This document shows positions 58,476 to 64,000 of a DNA stretch of 64,000 nt, one piece after another (positions within the stretch are counted from its first letter, which is position 1; the number at the start of each line of letters is the position of its first letter). The DNA comes from Prorocentrum cordatum (Eukaryota). The translations under genes and the position numbers were made by a program. Where the stretch lies: positions 1 to 64,000 of the forward strand of contig CAUYUJ010000300.1 in assembly GCA_963575745.1 (NCBI GenBank), in the 5' to 3' direction. Below the pieces are notes generated by a model, which saw only the letters and a program-made list of their open reading frames with translations, did no database searches and was not told where the DNA came from.

Positions 58476-60034
58476 CTGCGACTGCCGTTGCCGCTGCGAC
58501 TGCCATCGCGAACAGAATTCTACAACAGGATTCTCATCTGAATCTAAAGGGAATGCTTCCAAATATGCTCCTACACCTCGCTGTTAGGTTGCTTTGCCGG
58601 GTTTTTTTTTTTTTTTTTTTTTTGAAAATGCTCAATTTCTGCTTCCGGCGCCCGGGGGGCCTCCCGGGCCGATTCCGATGGCGCCCGAGCCAATTTCTGC
58701 TTCCGGCGCCCGGGGGGCCTCCCGGGCCGATTCCGACGCCCGGGCTGGCGCCCGAGCCGGCGCCCGGGCCAGACGCCCGAGCCGGCGCCCGGGCTGGCGC
58801 CCGGGCCGGGTCCGGAGCCGGTTCCGGCCGGCGCCGGAAAATCGAGTTCCGAGGGGGCGCCGAAAAAAGGCCATTCCAATACACATTTTTTTGAAAATGC
58901 TGAATTTCTGCTTCTGCCGCCCGGGAAGCCTCCCAGGCCGATTCTGGCGTGCTTCCGCTCGTTCCGAATCGTGCTCCCGCTGCAGCGCTGGCCTCCTTTC
59001 CGCGCTTCCGCTCGTTTCGACTCGTGCTCCCGCTGCAGCGCTGGCGTCATTTCCCGTGCCATGCCACGGCATGCAATGCAATGCTAGGTTGATACTACGC
59101 TTCGCGGTGCTCGTCTACGCCATGCCATGCCGTGCTCTACAATGCATCGCGTACCCTTTCGGGATCATTGCCCTGCTCGACATCCGACTGTGCGAGTAGA
59201 GAGGGGATCTGCGCCATGGTAAGGGATGGGAGGGAGGGGTAGGATGTCAGATATGACGCGAGCGCACCTAGCTTGTCCCCCTCCCCCTCCTCCTCTCTCC
59301 TCCCCTCCTCCCCTCCCCCTCCTCCTCCTCCCCCTCCGCCTCCTCCCCTCCGCCCTCTCCTCCTCCTCCTCCTCCTCCTCCTCCTCACCTCCTCCTCCTC
59401 CTCCTCCTTCTCCTCCCCCTCCTCCTCCTCCTCTCCTCATCCTCCTCCTCCTCCTCCTCCTCCTCCTCCTCCTCCTCCTCCTCCTCCTCCCCCTCCTCCT
59501 CCCCCTCCTCCTTCCGCTCTTCTCCTCCTCTTCCCCTTCATACTCCTCCTCCTCCTCCTTTTCCTCCTTCTCCGCCTCCTCCTCCCGGGCCTTCTCAGGA
59601 GATTCAGGAGGCTTCCCCGCCCCTAGACCTCTGGGAAGCTCTCGAAATCTTCTGGGAAGCCGCAGAGAGCTTCTGAGACGGCCGCGAGGGGGGGGCTTCT
59701 GCGAAGCCGCGCCGCCGTCTGAGAAGGCTCGCCCCCTCCCATTTCCCCCCTCAAATCTGCCAACAGGCCCCCGAGAGGCCTCCCACGACATCCCAACGAA
59801 CATCCAAGAAGCTTCTATCCAACAACCCAGGCACGGTGGCGGGACTTGCCGAAGGCAGCTGGGTCCGCCGCCCCCTGTTGATTCATCACAAGGGTGCCTG
59901 GCGTGCTGAACTTCTTACGATTTTGGTTGGTTCTTTTCCAAAAGAACTCTCCCAATGGGCTCCGGCGCGTCCCGCAGGGGTCCCGGGAGGATGCCGCAAG
60001 AACTTCCAGAGGTGGTTGCAAAGGGTTTTTCCGT

Positions 60035-62015
60035 TCCAGACGGCTCCAAGATGGCCTAAGATAGCCTCCAAGACGGCCAAGATGGCCTCCAAGACGGCTA
60101 AGATGGCCCCAAGATGCCTCCAAGATGGCCCAAGATGCACCCAAGACGGCCTAAAATTGCCTCAAGATGGCCCAAAACGGCCCAAGAGGCTCCTTAGAGG
60201 CCTCCAAGACGGCCCAAGAGGCCTACAAGAGGTCCTCCAGGAAGGCCCAAAGAAGCCAAAATCATTAATTTTCCTTAAGTTTTTGAAGGATTTTGGCATT
60301 TGCGCATTTTCGGCTTTCCGACGGCCCAAGACGGCCCAAGAGGCCCCAAAGGTCGCCGCAAGATCGCCCAACCTTCAAGATGGCCCCATGACGGCCCAAG
60401 AGGCCCCTCACGACGGCCCCTCACGACGGCCCGAGAGGCCTCGAAGACGCCCAAGATAGCCTCCAAGACAGCCAAGATGGCCCAAGATGGCCTCCAAGAT
60501 GCCTCTATGCCGGCCAAGATGGCCTCCAAGACGGCCCAAGAGGCCTACAAGAGGTCCTCCAGGAAGGCCCAAAGAAGCCAAAATCATTAATGTTCCTTAG
60601 GTTTTTGAAGGATTTTGGCATTTGCGCATTTTCGGCTTTCCGACGGCCCAAGACGGCCCAAGAGGCCCCAAAGGTCGCCGCAAGATCGCCCAACCTTCAA
60701 GATGGCCCCATGACGGCCCAAGAGGCCCCTCACGACGGCCCCTCACGACGGCCCGAGAGGCCTCGAAGACGCCCAAGATAGCCTCCAAGACAGCCAAGAT
60801 GGCCCAAGATGGCCTCCAAGATGCCTCTATGCCGGCCAAGATGGCCTCCAAGACGGCTAAGATGGCCCCTAGATGCCTCCAAGACGGCCCAAGATGCACT
60901 CAAGACGGCCTTAGATGGGCCCAAGAGGCTCCCAAGAGGCCTCCAAGACGGCCCAAGAGGCCTCCAAGAGGTCCTCCAGGAAGGCCCGAAGAGGCCAAAA
61001 TCAGTGATGTTCCTTAGGTGTTTGAAGGATTTTGGCATTTGCACATTTTCGGCTTTCCGACGGCCCAAGACGGCCCAAGAGGCCCCCAAGGTCGCCCCAA
61101 GATCGCCCAAAAGGCGTCCAAGATGGCCCCATGACGGCCCAAGAGGCCCACAAAACGGCTCCAAGAGGGCCCCAAGACTGCCCAAAAGGCCTCGAAGACG
61201 CCCAATATGGCCTCCAAGACGGCCTTGGAGCACCCCAAGGGGGCCCCAAGTCGGCCCAGAGAGGCCCCCCAAACGGCTTCCGACGGCGTCAGACGGGCCA
61301 GGAGCCCACCAAGATGGCCGAGGGTGGCTCGAAGTTGGCTCAAGACGGCCCAAGAAACCTCCAAGAGGGCCTCCAGGAAGGCAAGACAAGGCAAAAAACA
61401 TGGGTTCCCCATAATTTTGGTTAAAAGAGACATGAAAATTGCTTATTTTCGGCCTTCCGACGGCCTCCCAAAGATGACCCACAGGATGGCCCCAGAACGG
61501 CCCAAAAGACCCCCAAGACGGCCCCAAGAGGCCCCCAAGACGGCCCAGGAGGCTTTAAAGACGCCCAAGATGGCCTCCAAGACGGCCCTGGAGCATTCCA
61601 AGAGGGCCCCAAGTCGGCCCAGAGAGGGCCCCCCAAACGGCTTCCGACGGCGTCGGACGGGCCAGGAGCCCACCTAAACAGCCGAACAAGGCCCTAAGAT
61701 GGACCAAGACGGCCCAAGAGGCCTCCAAGAGGGCCTCCAGAAAGGCCCGCAAAGGCCAAAATCATAGATTTCCCATAAGTGTTCGAAGAATTGTGACATT
61801 TTTTTTTTGTTCGGCCTTCCGACGGCCCGAGACGGCCCAAGTGCCCCCAAAGATCTCCCAAGAGGCCCAAGACGGCCCCAAGAGGCACCCAAGACGGTCC
61901 AAGAGGCCTCCAAGACGCTCAAGATGGCCTCCAAGACGGCCCAAGAGCCCTCCAAGACGTCCTCCAAGAAGGCCCGAAAAGGGTCAAAATGGCCTCCAGG
62001 CGGCCACCTTCAAGA
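60035..62015. repeat. Long CCAAGA-rich element with an internal tandem duplication of about 322 bp
   Basis: 'gcctacaagaggtcctccaggaaggcccaaagaagcc' occurs at 60221 and 60543, with diverged further units near 60960, 61365 and 61725. Confidence 0.9.
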
Positions 62016-62268
62016 TGCCCACGTGTCCCCGAAGGCTTTCCGAACCGATTCGGGGAACACATGGTCCGATAGCTTGGCAGGTCTGGCCTCAACGTTCGGC
62101 CACATAGGCGCTTCCAAAAAGGCAGGGGGCGGCGGTGATTCGCCGTAGGCGTCTTCGATACTTTTCACCCTGAGTCTTTGCAACATAGAGAGCCAATGCC
62201 TCCGTCGTTCCTCCTTCACTGACAAAGAAAATCTGGGGACGCCGAAATCGTAAAACAAACGCCCGTTG

Positions 62269-62326
62269 AGTGCGTGTGTGTGTGTGTGTGTGTGTGTGCT
62301 TCTGTCTGTGTGTGTATGTGTGATTA

Positions 62327-62368
<42 letters not shown>

Positions 62369-62412
62369 CCTCTGTCTGTCTGTGTCTGTGTCTGTGTCTG
62401 TGTCTGTGTGCG
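62269..62412. repeat. (TG)n/(TCTG)n microsatellite
   Basis: Seen directly. Confidence 0.95.
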
Positions 62413-64000
62413 TGGGTGAGCTCCCTCTAGGCTCGGTTTGCGGGGGCCCCATGCGCTCGAGCGCTGCACCTCCCCGGGGAGACTTCGTGCAGAAGGGGCT
62501 CCCCGCGGGTAGGCCCTGCGCTCGCCCTCTGGGCCTCCAGAGAGCCCGGCAGCGGCCGCCGCACCGCCCTCCACTTGCACCCGCTAGCCTTATGTCGGGC
62601 GTGTCCCCCTACAGGGGGATTTTCGACGAAAAATAAAAAATAACAAAACGATGCCCCAAAAAGATGAAACAATACTCAAAAAATAATCCCCAGACTACTT
62701 TTGGAGCATTTTTGGATTATTTGGGGGGTATTTTTTAGTTTTCGTCGAAAATCCCCCTGTACGGGGGACAGGCCCGACTTAACGCTAGCCCGACTCCAGA
62801 GCGCTGCTGCGCGCTTGGCCGCGACGCCAGGAGAGCTCCCCACCGGCGACCCCCGGCGGAATTCGCCGCAGTTTGAGCCCCATCCCGCCACTCGCTGCGG
62901 CGACGTCGCCCGGCCAGCGGAGGAACAAGTGCTCGCGTGGGGGAGCCTGGGCCGCCACACCCGGCGTGAAGGACTTCACGCTCTGAGCGCCCCGCCTGCG
63001 CCCTCTCCGCGGTCGCTCTCGTCTCGGGCCGGGCGAAAGGGGGGGATAGCAAAGGGGGGGTTTGAGAATCAGCTCACGTAGCTGATTCTCCCGGCGCCGG
63101 AGGCGACCATGCATCGAGGAAGGGGCCCCTCGGTGGGGCCGAAACCAGCTGCATGCAGCAAATTTCGTAACCCCCCTTTCCCTATCCCCCCCTTTCGCCC
63201 GACCCGATCGTCCCCCTCCGCCTCCGCGGTGCTGGCTGCTTGCCGTGTCGCAAGCTCGCCCCCCCCCCCCCACCGCGCCGTGCGACCGCCGGCGGCGTGC
63301 GACACCAATGCTTCTTCCTCCTGTCGCTCGCTGCGGCGACGTCGCCTGGCCGGCGGAGGAAACCGCGGTGCCCGCGGGGGTTCTCGCGACCTCGGAGGTC
63401 CGGTGCCCGAGGCTGCCTGCGCGCTCCTCAAGGCGTACCCATCGGTCGGAAGGAGTAGGTAGAAACATGAAGTAGGAAGGCGTTGGAAATATATTGGGTT
63501 TCCGCCCGCCTCCTGAGGAGGAAGGAAGAGGGAAAACCACTCGACTCTTGAAGTAGAAAGGCGCTGAAAGTGGATTGGAATCTGGGAATCCAAAAATACC
63601 TACTTTCAACGACCGATGGGTGGGCTCTCTACGTCTGGGGCCCCTTCCTTGCTTCCGCCTCTGCGGCCGCCCTCCGCTTTCACACCTGTCTTCCGGTGGG
63701 CTCGCGCGGCGTCGGAGCGAGCAACGGTTTGTGACACCGCGCCGATCGTTCAACCTTGAATCGATCGCGGCCCCGATCGCCAGGGCTGAATTTTCCGTCG
63801 AGCCCAAGCAGGCGCTTTCTCTTCTGGGCTTCGACCGTTGGCCGAAGGGTGGCGGAGGGAGAGGGCCTGGTCCTGGCCGGTGCTTGGCAGATCTGCTTCT
63901 GCCAGTCGCGCAATCCGACTGGGGGGAGGGAAACAAGCCGCCAAAAGCAGCCAAGATCTGGTCTATGGAAAAGGGGGGAGGGGGGAGGCCAAAGGCACGC

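Noticed and set aside
56973..58562. Ser/Leu- or Gln/Pro-rich proteins
   Set aside because: These are readouts of the (GCTGAG)n satellite.

Overview
GC-rich, repeat-saturated eukaryotic DNA, very probably dinoflagellate: it carries dinoflagellate spliced-leader (DinoSL) sequences and PPR motifs of the 'EPDVISYNAGISACEKGEQW' type. No intact host gene is recognisable. The centrepiece is a full-length but mutated 8.14-kb tyrosine-recombinase retrotransposon (DIRS order) on the minus strand at 11687-19830. Its termini are split direct repeats in the order A1-ORFs-B1-A2-B2, the Ngaro/PAT layout. It encodes a small CxxC/CxxC upstream ORF, a Gag-like ORF, a Pol and a decayed tyrosine recombinase (YR). 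In Pol, a C5-cytosine DNA methyltransferase and a DUF4326-like domain lie between the two halves of the RNase H domain. The element sits at an AT dinucleotide inside a dispersed repeat, and empty copies of that repeat occur elsewhere in the window. The rest is LINE fragments (APE endonuclease, Cys/His motif, RNase H), SL-headed retrocopies, a PPR pseudogene, a Cys-rich repeat gene fragment, many nested MITE-like elements, (GAG/CTC)n tracts, (AGT)n and (GCTGAG)n satellites, and 63-77 bp tandem arrays. Most long ORFs in the supplied track are artefacts of GC-rich or triplet repeats. All domain calls are by-eye motif recognition, not database hits.
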